A DNA stretch of 64,000 nt from Eledone cirrhosa (lineage: Eukaryota). The notes below the pieces were generated by a model. That model was not told the DNA's origin and searched no databases. It saw only the letters and a list, made by a program, of their open reading frames with translations. Each line of letters starts with the position of its first letter. The stretch's first letter is position 1. Where the stretch lies: the NCBI GenBank assembly GCA_964016885.1, contig OZ024747.1, positions 42,966,001 to 43,030,000 on the forward strand. The letters run 5' to 3'. Made by a program: the position numbers and the translations under genes. This document shows positions 47,960 to 62,470 of the stretch, piece after piece.

Positions 47960-50830
47960 CCATGTCCTAACACCCCACCCATGTCCTAACACTCCACCCA
48001 TGTCCTAACACTCCACCCATGTCCTAACACTCCACCCATGTCCTAACACTCCACCCATGTCCTAACACTCCACCCATGTCCTAACACCCCACCCATGTCC
48101 TAACACTCCACCCATGTCCTAACACTCCACCCACATTCTAACACCCCACCCATGTCCTAACACTCCACCCATGTCCTAACACTCCACCCATGTCCTAACA
48201 CTCCACCCATGTCCTAACACTCCACCCATGTCCTAACACTCCACCCATGTCCTAACACTCCACCCATGTCCTAACACTCCACCCACGTCCTAACACTCCA
48301 CCCACATTCTAACACCCCACCCATGTCCTAACACTCCACCCATGTCCTAACACTCCACCCATGTCCTAACACTCCACCCATGTCCTAACACTCCACCCAT
48401 GTCCTAACACTCCACCCATGTCCTAACACTCCACCCATGTCCTAACACTCCACCCACATTCTAACACCCCACCCATGTCCTAACACTCCACCCATGTCCT
48501 AACACTCCACCCATGTCCTAACACTCCACCCATGTCCTAACACTCCACCCATGTCCTAACACTCCACCCACATTCTAACACCCCACCCATGTCCTAACAC
48601 TCCACCCATGTCCTAACACTCCACCCATGTCCTAACACTCCACCCATGTCCTAACACTCCACCCATGTCCTAACACTCCACCCACATTCTAACACCCCAC
48701 CCATGTCCTAACACTCCACCCATGTCCTAACACTCCACCCATGTCCTAACACTCCACCCATGTCCTAACACTCCACCCACATTCTAACACCCCACCCATG
48801 TCCTAACACTCCACCCATGTCCTAACACTCCACCCATGTCCTAACACTCCACCCATGTCCTAACACTCCACCCACATTCTAACACCCCACCCATGTCCTA
48901 ACACTCCACCCATGTCCTAACACTCCACCCATGTCCTAACACTCCACCCATGTCCTAACACTCCACCCATGTCCTAACACTCCACCCATGTCCTAACACT
49001 CCACCCATGTCCTAACACTCCACCCACGTCCTAACACTCCACCCACATTCTAACACCCCACCCATGTCCTAACACTCCACCCATGTCCTAACACTCCACC
49101 CATGTCCTAACACTCCACCCATGTCCTAACACTCCACCCATGTCCTAACACTCCACCCATGTCCTAACACTCCACCCATGTCCTAACACTCCACCCACAT
49201 TCTAACACCCCACCCATGTCCTAACACTCCACCCATGTCCTAACACTCCACCCATGTCCTAACACTCCACCCATGTCCTAACACTCCACCCATGTCCTAA
49301 CACTCCACCCATGTCCTAACACTCCACCCACGTCCTAACACTCCACCCACATTCTAACACCCCACCCATGTCCTAACACTCCACCCATGTCCTAACACTC
49401 CACCCATGTCCTAACACTCCACCCATGTCCTAACACTCCACCCATGTCCTAACACTCCACCCATGTCCTAACACTCCACCCATGTCCTAACACTCCACCC
49501 ACATTCTAACACCCCACCCATGTCCTAACACTCCACCCATGTCCTAACACTCCACCCATGTCCTAACACTCCACCCATGTCCTAACACTCCACCCATGTC
49601 CTAACACTCCACCCACATTCTAACACCCCACCCATGTCCTAACACTCCACCCATGTCCTAACACTCCACCCATGTCCTAACACTCCACCCATGTCCTAAC
49701 ACTCCACCCATGTCCTAACACTCCACCCATGTCCTAACACTCCACCCATGTCCTAACACTCCACCCACATTCTAACACTCCACCCACGTCCTAACACTCC
49801 ACCCACATTCTAACACCCCACCCATGTCCTAACACTCCACCCATGTCCTAACACTCCACCCACATTCTAACACCCCACCCATGTCCTAACACTCCACCCA
49901 TGTCCTAACACTCCACCCACGTCCTAACACTCCACCCATGTCCTAACACTCCACCCATGTCCTAACACTCCACCCATGTCCTAACACTCCACCCACATTC
50001 TAACACCCCACCCATGTCCTAACACTCCACCCATGTCCTAACACTCCACCCACATTCTAACACTCTGCCCATGTCCTAACACTCCACCCATGTCCTAACA
50101 CTCCACCCACATTCTAACACTCTGCCCATGTCCTAACACTCCACCCATGTCCTAACACTCCACCCATGTCCTAACACTCCACCCATGTCCTAACACTCCA
50201 CCCACATTCTAACACCCCACCCATGTCCTAACACTCCACCCATGTCCTAACACTCCACCCACATTCTAACACTCTGCCCATGTCCTAACACTCCACCCAT
50301 GTCCTAACACTCCACCCACATTCTAACACTCTGCCCATGTCCTAACACTCCACCCATGTCCTAACACTCCACCCACATTCTAACACTCTGCCCATGTCCT
50401 AACACTCCACCCACATTCTAACACTCTGCCCATGTCCTAACACTCCACCCATGTCCTAACACTCCACCCACATTCTAACACTCTGCCCATGTCCTAACAC
50501 TCCACCCATGTCCTAACACTCCACCCACATTCTAACACTCTGCCCATGTCCTAACACTCCACCCATGTCCTAACACTCTGCCCATGTCCTAACACTCTGC
50601 CCATGTCCTAACACTCCACCCATGTCCTAACACTCCACCCACATTCTAACACTCTGCCCATGTCCTAACACTCCACCCATGTCCTAACACTCTGCCCACA
50701 TTCTAACACTCCACCCATGTCCTAACACACCACCCACATTCTAACACTCTGCCCATGTCCTAACACTCCACCCATGTCCTAACACTCCACCCACATTCTA
50801 ACACTCTGCCCATGTCCTAACACTCTGCCC
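47960..50830. repeat. 19-bp satellite, about 150 copies
   Basis: Unit CCACCCATGTCCTAACACT, with variants CACATTCTAACACCCC and CTCTGCCC. Confidence 0.98.
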
Positions 50831-50879
50831 CTCACATGCATCCCTAGATCTACATTCCCAATCCCCCCACATGAGTCTC

Positions 50880-53800
50880 CAGCCCACACAGTAAAGGGGT
50901 TGTGATGGTGACCGAACAAAAAGCATCCAGTTCACTCTGTAAAGAGGTTGTGTAGGTGATGTGACAAAAAGTGCCAAGCCCACACATTAAAGTGTTTGGG
51001 TAAGTGTCACGATACAAAGCACCCAGTCCACACTGTAAAGTAGTTGTGTATCACGATACAAAGTACCCAGTCCACACTGTAAAGTAGTTGTGTGTCACGA
51101 TAGAAAGCACCCAGTCCACACTGTAAAGTAGTTGTGTAAGTGTCACAACAAAAAGCACCCAGTCCACACTGTAAAGTAGTTGTGTGTCATGATACAAAGT
51201 ACCCAGTCTACACTGTAAAGTAGTTGTGTGTCACGATAGAAAGTACCCAGTCCACACTGTAAAGTAGTTGTGTGTCACGATACAAAGTACCCAGTCCACA
51301 CTGTAAAGTAGTTGTGTGTCACGATACAAAGTACCCAGTCCACACTGTAAAGTAGTTGTGTGTCACGATACAAAGTACCCAGTCCACACTGTAAAGTAGT
51401 TGTGTGTCATGATACAAAGTACCCAGTCCACACTGTAAAGTAGTTGTGTGTCACGATACAAAGTACCCAGTCCACACTGTAAAGTAGTTGTGTCACGATA
51501 CAAAGTACCCAGTCCACACTGTAAAGTAGTTGTGTATCACGATACAAAGTACCCAGTCCACACTGTAAAGTAGTTGTGTGTCATGATACAAAGTACCCAG
51601 TCCACACTGTAAAGTAGTTGTGTGTCACGCTAGAAAGCACCCAGTCCACACTGTAAAGTAGTTGTGTAAGTGTCACAACAAAAAGCACCCAGTCCACACT
51701 GTAAAGTAGTTGTGTCACGATACAAAGTACCCAGTCTACACTGTAAAGTAGTTGTGTGTCACGATACAAAGTACCCAGTCCACACTGTAAAGTAGTTGTG
51801 TATCACGATACAACGTACCCAGTCCACACTGTAAAGTAGTTGTGTATCACGATACAAAGTACCCAGTCCACACTGTAAAGTAGTTGTGTATCACGATACA
51901 AAGTACCCAGTCCACACTGTAAAGTAGTTGTGTATCACGATACAAAGTACCCAGTCCACACTGTAAAGTAGTTGTGTCACGATACAAAGTACCCAGTCCA
52001 CACTGTAAAGTAGTTGTGTGTCACGATACAAAGTACCCAGTCCACACTGTAAAGTAGTTGTGTATCACGATACAAAGTACCCAGTCCACACTGTAAAGTA
52101 GTTGTGTATCATGATACAAAGTATCCAGTCCACACTGTAAAGTAGTTGTGTATCACGATACAAAGTACCCAGTCCACACTGTAAAGTAGTTGTGTGTCAC
52201 GATAGAAAGCACTCAGTCCACACTGTAAAGTAGTTGTGTGTCACGATACAAAGTACCCAGTCCACACTGTTAAGTAGTTGTGTGTCACGATAGAAAGTAC
52301 CCAGTCCACACTGTAAAGTAGTTGTGTAAGTGTCACAACAAAAAGCACCCAGTCCACACTGTAAAGTAGTTGTGTGTCACGATACAAAGTACCCAGTCCA
52401 CACTGTAAAGTAGTTGTGTCACGATACAAAGTACCCAGTCCACACTGTAAAGTAGTTGTGTGTCACGATACAAAGTACCCAGTCCACACTGTAAAGTAGT
52501 TGTGTCAGGATACAAAGTACCCAATCCACACTGTAAAGTAGTTGTGTGTCACGATACAAAGTACCCAGTCCACACTGTAAAGTAGTTGTGTGTCACAACA
52601 AAAAGTACCCAGTTCACACTGTAAAGTAGTTGTGTGTCACGATACAAAGTACCCAGTCCACACTGTAAAGTAGTTGTGTGTCACAACAAAAAGCACCCAG
52701 TCCACACTGTAAAGTAGTTGTGTGTCACGATACAAAGTACCCAGTCCACACTGTAAAGTAGTTGTGTCAGGATACAAAGTACCCAGTCCACACTGTAAAG
52801 TAGTTGTGTGTCACGATACAAAGTACCCAGTCCACACTGTAAAGTAGTTGTGTGTCACGATACAAAGTACCCAGTCCACACTGTAAAGTAGTTGTGTGTC
52901 ACGATACAAAGTACCCAGTCCACACTGTAAAGTAGTTGTGTGTCACGATACAAAGTACCCAGTCCACACTGTAAAGTAGTTGTGTGTCACAACAAAAAGT
53001 ACCCAGTTCACACTGTAAAGTAGTTGTGTGTCACGATACAAAGTACCCAGTCCACACTGTAAAGTAGTTGTGTGTCACGATACAAAGTACCCAGTCCACA
53101 CTGTAAAGTAGTTGTGTGTCACGATACAAAGTACCCAGTCCACACTGTAAAGTAGTTGTGTGTCACGATACAAAGTACCCAGTCCACACTGTAAAGTAGT
53201 TGTGTGTCACGATACAAAGTACCCAGTCCACACTGTAAAGTAGTTGTGTGTCACGATACAAAGTACCCAGTCCACACTGTTAAGTAGTTGTGTGTCACGA
53301 TACAAAGTACCCAGTCCACACTGTAAAGTAGTTGTGTGTCACGATACAAAGTACCCAGTCCACACTGTAAAGTAGTTGTGTGTCACAACAAAAAGTACCC
53401 AGTTCACACTGTAAAGTAGTTGTGTAAGTGTCACAACAAAAAGCACCCAGTCCACACTGTAAAGTAGTTGTGTGTCACGATACAAAGTACCCAGTCCACA
53501 CTGTAAAGTAGTTGTGTCACGATAGAAAGCACCCAGTCCACACTGTAAAGTAGTTGTGTAAGTGTCACAACAAAAAGCACCCAGTCCACACTGTAAAGTA
53601 GTTGTGTGTCATGATACAAAGTACCCAGTCCACACTGTAAAGTAGTTGTGTGTCACGATACAAAGTACCCAGTCCACACTGTAAAGTAGTTGTGTGTCAC
53701 GATACAAAGTACCTAGTCCACACTGTAAAGTAGTTGTGTGTCACGATACAAAGTACCCAGTCCACACTGTAAAGTAGTTGTGTGTCATGATACAAAGTAC

Positions 53801-56800
53801 CCAGTCCACACTGTAAAGTAGTTGTGTCACGATACAAAGTACCCAGTCCACACTGTAAAGTAGTTGTGTGTCACGATACAAAGTACCCAGTCCACACTGT
53901 AAAGTAGTTGTGTGTCATGATACAAAGTACCCAGTCCACACTGTAAAGTAGTTGTGTGTCACGCTAGAAAGCACCCAGTCCACACTGTAAAGTAGTTGTG
54001 TAAGTGTCACAACAAAAAGCACCCAGTCCACACTGTAAAGTAGTTGTGTCACGATACAAAGTACCCAGTCCACACTGTAAAGTAGTTGTGTATCACGATA
54101 CAAAGTACCCAGTCCACACTGTAAAGTAGTTGTGTGTCATGATACAAAGTACCCAGTCCACACTGTAAAGTAGTTGTGTCACGATACAAAGTACCCAGTC
54201 CACACTGTAAAGTAGTTATGTGTCACGATACAAAGTACCCAGTCCACACTGTAAAGTAGTTGTGTCACGATACAAAGTACCCAGTCTACACTGTAAAGTA
54301 GTTGTGTGTCACGATACAAAGTACCCAGTCCACACTGTAAAGTAGTTGTGTATCACGATACAAAGTACCCAGTCTACACTGTAAAGTAGTTGTGTGTCAC
54401 GATACAAAGTACCCAGTCCACACTGTAAAGTAGTTGTGTATCACGATACAAAGTACCCAGTCCACACTGTAAAGTAGTTGTGTATCACGATACAAAGTAC
54501 CCAGTCCACACTGTAAAGTAGTTGTGTATCATGATACAAAGTACCCAGTCCACACTGTAAAGTAGTTGTGTATCACGATACAAAGTACCCAGTCGACACT
54601 GTAAAGTAGTTGTGTATCACGATACAAAGTACCCAGTCCACACTGTAAAGTAGTTGTGTGTCACGATAGAAAGCACCCAGTCCACACTGTAAAGTAGTTG
54701 TGTGTCATGATACAAAGTACCCAGTCCACACTGTTAAGTAGTTGTGTGTCACGATAGAAAGTACCCAGTCCACACTGTAAAGTAGTTGTGTAAGTGTCAC
54801 AACAAAAAGCACCCAGTCCACACTGTAAAGTAGTTGTGTCACGATACAAAGTACCCAGTCCACACTATAAAGTAGTTGTGTCAGGATACAAAGTACCCAG
54901 TCCACACTGTAAAGTAGTTGTGTCACGATACAAAGTACCCAGTCCACACTGTAAAGTAGTTGTGTGTCACGATACAAAGTACCCAGTCCACACTGTAAAG
55001 TAGTTGTGTCAGGATACAAAGTACCCAGTCCACACTGTTAAGTAGTTGTGTGTCACGATACAAAGTACCCAGTCCACACTGTAAAGTAGTTGTGTCACGA
55101 TACAAAGTACCCAGTCCACACTGTAAAGTAGTTGTGTGTCACGATACAAAGTACCCAGTCCACACTGTAAAGTAGTTGTGTGTCACGATACAAAGTACCC
55201 AGTCCACACTGTAAAGTAGTTGTGTGTCACAACAAAAAGTACCCAGTCCACACTGTAAAGTAGTTGTGTAAGTGTCACAACAAAAAGCACCCAGTCCACA
55301 CTGTAAAGTAGTTGTGTCACGATACAAAGTACCCAGTCCACACTGTAAAGTAGTTGTGTATCACGATACAAAGTACCCAGTCCACACTGTAAAGTAGTTG
55401 TGTGTCATGATACAAAGTACCCAGTCCACACTGTAAAGTAGTTGTGTCACGATACAAAGTACCCAGTCCACACTGTAAAGTAGTTGTGTGTCACGATACA
55501 AAGTACCCAGTCCACACTGTAAAGTAGTTGTGTGTCACGATACAAAGTACCCAGTCCACACTGTAAAGTAGTTGTGTGTCATGATACAAAGTACCCAGTC
55601 CACACTGTAAAGTAGTTGTGTGTCACGCTAGAAAGCACCCAGTCCACACTGTAAAGTAGTTGTGTAAGTGTCACAACAAAAAGCACCCAGTCCACACTGT
55701 AAAGTAGTTGTGTCACGATACAAAGTACCCAGTCCACACTGTAAAGTAGTTGTGTATCACGATACAAAGTACCCAGTCCACACTGTAAAGTAGTTGTGTG
55801 TCACGATACAAAGTACCCAGTCCACACTGTAAAGTAGTTGTGTGTCACGATACAAAGTACCTAGTCCACACTGTAAAGTAGTTGTGTGTCACGATACAAA
55901 GTACCCAGTCCACACTGTAAAGTAGTTGTGTGTCACGATACAAAGTACCCAGTCCACACTGTAAAGTAGTTGTGTGTCATGATACAAAGTACCCAGTCCA
56001 CACTGTAAAGTAGTTGTGTGTCACGCTAGAAAGCACCCAGTCCACACTGTAAAGTAGTTGTGTAAGTGTCACAACAAAAAGCACCCAGTCCACACTGTAA
56101 AGTAGTTGTGTCACGATACAAAGTACCCAGTCCACACTGTAAAGTAGTTGTGTATCACGATACAAAGTACCCAGTCCACACTGTAAAGTAGTTGTGTGTC
56201 ATGATACAAAGTACCCAGTCCACACTGTAAAGTAGTTGTGTCACGATACAAAGTACCCAGTCCACACTGTAAAGTAGTTATGTGTCACGATACAAAGTAC
56301 CCAGTCCACACTGTAAAGTAGTTGTGTCATGATACAAAGTACCCAGTCTACACTGTAAAGTAGTTGTGTGTCACGATACAAAGTACCCAGTCCACACTGT
56401 AAAGTAGTTGTGTATCACGATACAAAGTACCCAGTCTACACTGTAAAGTAGTTGTGTGTCACGATACAAAGTACCCAGTCCACACTGTAAAGTAGTTGTG
56501 TATCACGATACAAAGTACCCAGTCCACACTGTAAAGTAGTTGTGTATCACGATACAAAGTACCCAGTCCACACTGTAAAGTAGTTGTGTATCATGATACA
56601 AAGTACCCAGTCCACACTGTAAAGTAGTTGTGTATCACGATACAAAGTACCCAGTCCACACTGTAAAGTAGTTGTGTATCACGATACAAAGTACCCAGTC
56701 CACACTGTAAAGTAGTTGTGTGTCACGATAGAAAGCACCCAGTCCACACTGTAAAGTAGTTGTGTGTCATGATACAAAGTACCCAGTCCACACTGTTAAG

Positions 56801-59216
56801 TAGTTGTGTGTCACGATAGAAAGTACCCAGTCCACACTGTAAAGTAGTTGTGTAAGTGTCACAACAAAAAGCACCCAGTCCACACTGTAAAGTAGTTGTG
56901 TCACGATACAAAGTACCCAGTCCACACTATAAAGTAGTTGTGTCAGGATACAAAGTACCCAGTCCACACTGTAAAGTAGTTGTGTCACGATACAAAGTAC
57001 CCAGTCCACACTGTAAAGTAGTTGTGTGTCACGATACAAAGTACCCAGTCCACACTGTAAAGTAGTTGTGTCAGGATACAAAGTACCCAGTCCACACTGT
57101 TAAGTAGTTGTGTGTCACGATACAAAGTACCCAGTCCACACTGTAAAGTAGTTGTGTCACGATACAAAGTACCCAGTCCACACTGTAAAGTAGTTGTGTG
57201 TCACGATACAAAGTACCCAGTCCACACTGTAAAGTAGTTGTGTGTCACGATACAAAGTACCCAGTCCACACTGTAAAGTAGTTGTGTGTCACAACAAAAA
57301 GTACCCAGTCCACACTGTAAAGTAGTTGTGTAAGTGTCACAACAAAAAGCACCCAGTCCACACTGTAAAGTAGTTGTGTCACGATACAAAGTACCCAGTC
57401 CACACTGTAAAGTAGTTGTGTATCACGATACAAAGTACCCAGTCCACACTGTAAAGTAGTTGTGTGTCATGATACAAAGTACCCAGTCCACACTGTAAAG
57501 TAGTTGTGTCACGATACAAAGTACCCAGTCCACACTGTAAAGTAGTTGTGTGTCACGATACAAAGTACCCAGTCCACACTGTAAAGTAGTTGTGTCACGA
57601 TACAAAGTACCCAGTCTACACTGTAAAGTAGTTGTGTGTCACGATACAAAGTACCCAGTCCACACTGTAAAGTAGTTGTGTATCACGATACAAAGTACCC
57701 AGTCTACACTGTAAAGTAGTTGTGTGTCACGATACAAAGTACCCAGTCCACACTGTAAAGTAGTTGTGTATCACGATACAAAGTACCCAGTCCACACTGT
57801 AAAGTAGTTGTGTATCACGATACAAAGTACCCAGTCCACACTGTAAAGTAGTTGTGTATCATGATACAAAGTACCCAGTCCACACTGTAAAGTAGTTGTG
57901 TATCACGATACAAAGTACCCAGTCCACACTGTAAAGTAGTTGTGTATCACGATACAAAGTACCCAGTCCACACTGTAAAGTAGTTGTGTGTCATGATAGA
58001 AAGCACCCAGTCCACACTGTAAAGTAGTTGTGTGTCATGATACAAAGTACCCAGTCCACACTGTTAAGTAGTTGTGTGTCACGATAGAAAGTACCCAGTC
58101 CACACTGTAAAGTAGTTGTGTAAGTGTCACAACAAAAGGCACCCAGTCCACACTGTAAAGTAGTTGTGTCACGATACAAAGTACCCAGTCCACACTATAA
58201 AGTAGTTGTGTCAGGATACAAAGTACCCAGTCCACACTGTAAAGTAGTTGTGTCACGATACAAAGTACGCAGTCCACACTGTAAAGTAGTTGTGTGTCAC
58301 GATACAAAGTACCCAGTCCACACTGTAAAGTAGTTGTGTCAGGATACAAAGTACCCAGTCCACACTGTTAAGTAGTTGTGTGTCACGATACAAAGTACCC
58401 AGTCCACACTGTAAAGTAGTTGTGTCACGATACAAAGTACCCAGTCCACACTGTAAAGTAGTTGTGTGTCACGATACAAAGTACCCAGTCCACACTGTAA
58501 AGTAGTTGTGTGTCACAATACAAAGTACCCAGTCCACACTGTAAAGTAGTTGTGTGTCACAACAAAAAGTACCCAGTCCACACTGTAAAGTAGTTGTGTA
58601 AGTGTCACAACAAAAAGCACCCAGTCCACACTGTAAAGTAGTTGTGTATCACGATACAAAGTACCCAGTCCACACTGTAAAGTAGTTGTGTCACGATACA
58701 AAGTACCCAGTCCACACTGTAAAGTAGTTGTGTAAGTGTCACAACAAAAAGCACCCAGTCCACACTGTAAAGTAGTTGTGTAAGTGTCACAACAAAAAGC
58801 ACCCAGTCCACACTGTAAAGTAGTTGTGTGTCACGATACAAAGTACCCAGTCTACACTGTAAAGTAGTTGTGTATCATGATACAAAGTACCCAGTCCACA
58901 CTGTAAAGTAGTTGTGTATCACGATACAAAGTACCCAGTCCACACTGTAAAGTAGTTGTGTGTCACGATACAAAGTACCCAGTCCACACTGTAAAGTAGT
59001 TGTGTGTCACGATACAAAGTACCCAGTCCACACTGTAAAATAGTTGTGTGTCACAACAAAAAGTACCCAGTTCACACTGTAAAGTAGTTGTGTGTCACGA
59101 TAGAAAGTACCCAGTCCACACTGTAAAGTAGTTGTGTGTCACGATAGAAAGTACCCAGTCCACACTGTAAAGTAGTTGTGTGTCACGATAGAAAGTACGC
59201 AGTCCACACTGTAAAG
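50880..59216. repeat. 44-bp satellite (42/44/48-bp variants), about 8.3 kb and 185-190 copies
   Basis: Unit CACGATACAAAGTACCCAGTCCACACTGTAAAGTAGTTGTGTGT, no spacers. Diverged monomers at the left edge. Confidence 0.98.
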
Positions 59217-62200
59217 CGGTCATGGAGGAAAATATATAGAAAGGAGAGAAATAGAAAAATAGGGAGAAATAAGGAAGTCCAGCATCGAGATGAAAAGAAA
59301 TAAGTAAGAAGGGAGAATAAAGGAAGACAATGTTGTGAAGTCTATCAATATAGTAGTTAAATAAAAGACCCTCATGGCCTTTCCTTTCCTTTTCAGTTGA
59401 CGAACTTTGGTTTGTTGCATTTTTTCCTTTTTTTTCTTTTTGGGTCTTTACTTTAGTAATTTACTGAACGGTATGACTTGTCTTGTCTTTGTTTCTTCCT
59501 GTTTTGTTGTGTCCCAATGTGCACTGGATTGGACAGTTAACCCTTTAGCATTTACTTTACTCTACATTTATTATTGTACTTCACATAATTATCTCACATA
59601 ATATCGAATGAGATTTTGATATTATTTATTTTGAGAACAATACCTTAACATCAGTATAAGTGGCCAGTTACAGCTGGTTTGAACAGAAAAAGGTGAGAGA
59701 ATTTTGGCTGGATATGGCTGGTTGAAATGTTAAAGCTCTTTTGTCTATCTTGAGTGGCTCTTAGGCACTTTGAAATGTTAGATAGTGTAGTTCTTGACAC
59801 GCTCATCATCATCACCATCACCATCACCATCATCACCATCCTCCCCCCCCCCCATCCTCCTCCTCCTCCTCCTCCTCCCCCTCCTCCTCCTCCTCCTCCT
59901 CATCATCATCATCATTTTACTTCCATTTGAACCTGTTGGTTGTTTAGTAGAATAGGTTCATAGTTTAGTAGTCAGTGTTTGAGCAGGTCATATGTGATGT
60001 GGGAGTCAGTTTGAACAAGTCTAGTATAGTACTCAGTTTTGCCTGAGTATTTCAATAACACAACATTGTTTTGGTAGCATAGACCAGTCATGTGTCAGTC
60101 AGTGTTAGTAGATTTATAGCATAGCATTCAGTTCTGCAAGATAGTCTGTTCTGTAGAGTAAGTCTACAGCATAGAAGAGCTTGCAGATCAAATGAATCAG
60201 TCAAGTAGTGTTTCTAACCCTGTTGTCATCTAATCCCTATTGTAAAGACATGTTAACTTAAGATTTATGATCCTAAAACTTGATATCCATTTTAAAACTT
60301 AGTGAGAAGCTTCATATAAGACACTGGACTTGTCTAGCGACACTATAAACATTTCGATGTCTAGCTAGCACAGACACTTGTTTCTTGTAAACTTAATTAA
60401 ATAGATGAATTTTAACGAAACTAAATCCTATTCTTGATATTAGGTCAGTCAACATCAGGGAGATAAGGAGGCAGACTACTACTTAAAATGTAAACGTTTA
60501 TTATTCAGTGTCATAACTTCTGAATTTGTTATAGATTTGGGGGAGATTTATATTTATCTTGGCTAAACTCTTGTCTCATATCTCTATATCTCTCACTTGC
60601 TCTCTCTACTCTTTTTTTATGGCTTGAATATTCCATGCAAATATCTAATTGAAGCAAAGGCAGACAGATTCTTACAAAACCAACAGACAAAACCTAGTTG
60701 ACTGGATAATATTTTTGGAATGGTACCAAGTAGAGAAATGAATTTATTGTATATCATGTTAACAAATCTAAAAGTTGAGTTATCAGTTCCAACTATCATT
60801 CTAAAATGGAAAATAGATATGTATATCTCCGACTCCTAGGTACTTATAGCTCTGAAAGTGTGTGTTTGCATGTGTGAGATAGGAAACAATTTTGTTGTAT
60901 TAGAAGATCTCAATTTACGATAAGATTACAACGACAATGATTTCTTTGAATTAATCCCATACACATACTTAGTCTAGTTTTTACATTCTCTGGTTCATGC
61001 GAAAAATTGATTTGCAGCCGAAAGAACATAATTTCCATTCTTCGCTTTCTTTTCTTCAGAATAAAAGTACTTCTTTCAATGACTGGCTATGAAAATATTC
61101 AGATACTGAAAGTCATACATATTTATTTATTTATTATTATTTTGCTGGCCATTATATAAACTGCAAAACTGAAAAATGTAGACCAATTTTAGTAAAGTAT
61201 GTCATGTTAAAATAAAGATATTATTGTGCATTTTATCTTGACTGGAACTAAATTATAGAATTTTATGTACTAAAAATATAATAGTCATATGAATCGATAT
61301 GAAGACAATAAAAATGGATGAATATGTCAGTATTTCCCTAGTGGAAGCTTGGCAAATATATTCTTAAAATATCAGACATTGTAGAAATATCTATTTGTAA
61401 GAATAGAAAATAAAAAGAAATAAGTATGAAAAAAAACAAAAAACAGCAACAAACAACAAAAATTACCTGGACTATAACAGCTATTTTTTCTGAATATGAT
61501 ATATATATATATATATTTGTAAATGTCTTATGAATCAGACAAATAAATAAGCAAGCCAATATTTAGTATTTTTTTATACTCATATGTTTATCCCTAAACT
61601 ATCAGATAGTGATTGTCATGATATAGATATAAGTAGAGGTATATTCTGTCCATCACTCCACTCCAATAATCAGTCATTGCTCTCTCTCTCCCTCTCTCTA
61701 TGTATATATATATATTCCAAAAGAGGTGATTATTGGTCTTCCTCTATATTCCAATCGATGCAGATATTGCTGTCTATATATTCTAATAGATGCAGTTATT
61801 GCCAACTTAATGAAACTGAGAACTTCCAAATAACCAACAAAGTTTGGAAACTTTATACTTAATCAGAACTTTTATTTTTACTATTTTTATTAAAGGCTGT
61901 GGCATGCTAAAACTCACAAAAAAGGTAGTGGGCTGGTTTAAATGTCTTTCAGTTATCTCTCTTTTTGTTTTGAGTTCAAATCCTTCTTTAACCAAATTTA
62001 CCTTTCACTTTTCTGGGGTTGATTAAATAAATTAGTATCAGTCATATAACTAACTATGTTATGGCCTTGTGCCAATGTAAAAAATTATTCAAGGGCAGTG
62101 GATTAGCAGAATCATTAAAGCATCAAACGTAATGTTTTGCAGTATTTTGTTATAACTTTCTGCATTCTGATTCTAAGATCAAATTCCACCGAGGTCAACT

Positions 62201-62264
62201 TTCTTTTTCATCCTCCTAGAGTTGATAAAATAAAGTACCAGCTAAGTACTGGGGTGATAAAACC

Positions 62265-62470
62265 ATTAGAGTGTCAGATAAAACTGTTAGTGTGTCAGAT
62301 AAAGCTGTTAGTGTGTCAGATAAAACTGTTACTGTCAGATAAAACTGTTAGTATGTCAGATAAAACTGTTAAAGTGACAGATAAAACTGTTAGTGTGTCA
62401 GATAAAACTGCTAATGTCAGATAAAACTGTTAAAGTGACAGATAAAACTGTTAGAGTGTCAGATAAAATA
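62265..62470. repeat. Minisatellite of about 21 bp, about 10 copies, at a SINE head
   Basis: Unit GTGTGTCAGATAAAACTGTTA, lying between two decayed Deu/Nin-like SINEs. Confidence 0.9.

Noticed and set aside
50880-59216. CRISPR-like array or repeat-protein gene (many 60-104 aa ORFs)
   Set aside because: The units are contiguous with no unique spacers, there are no cas genes and the context is eukaryotic. The ORFs are by-products of the 42/44/48-bp periodicity.
61018-61092. Candidate EFHC1 exon 2 (CAG|PKEHNFHSSLSF..)
   Set aside because: Poor match to the expected sequence and an in-frame stop follows shortly.
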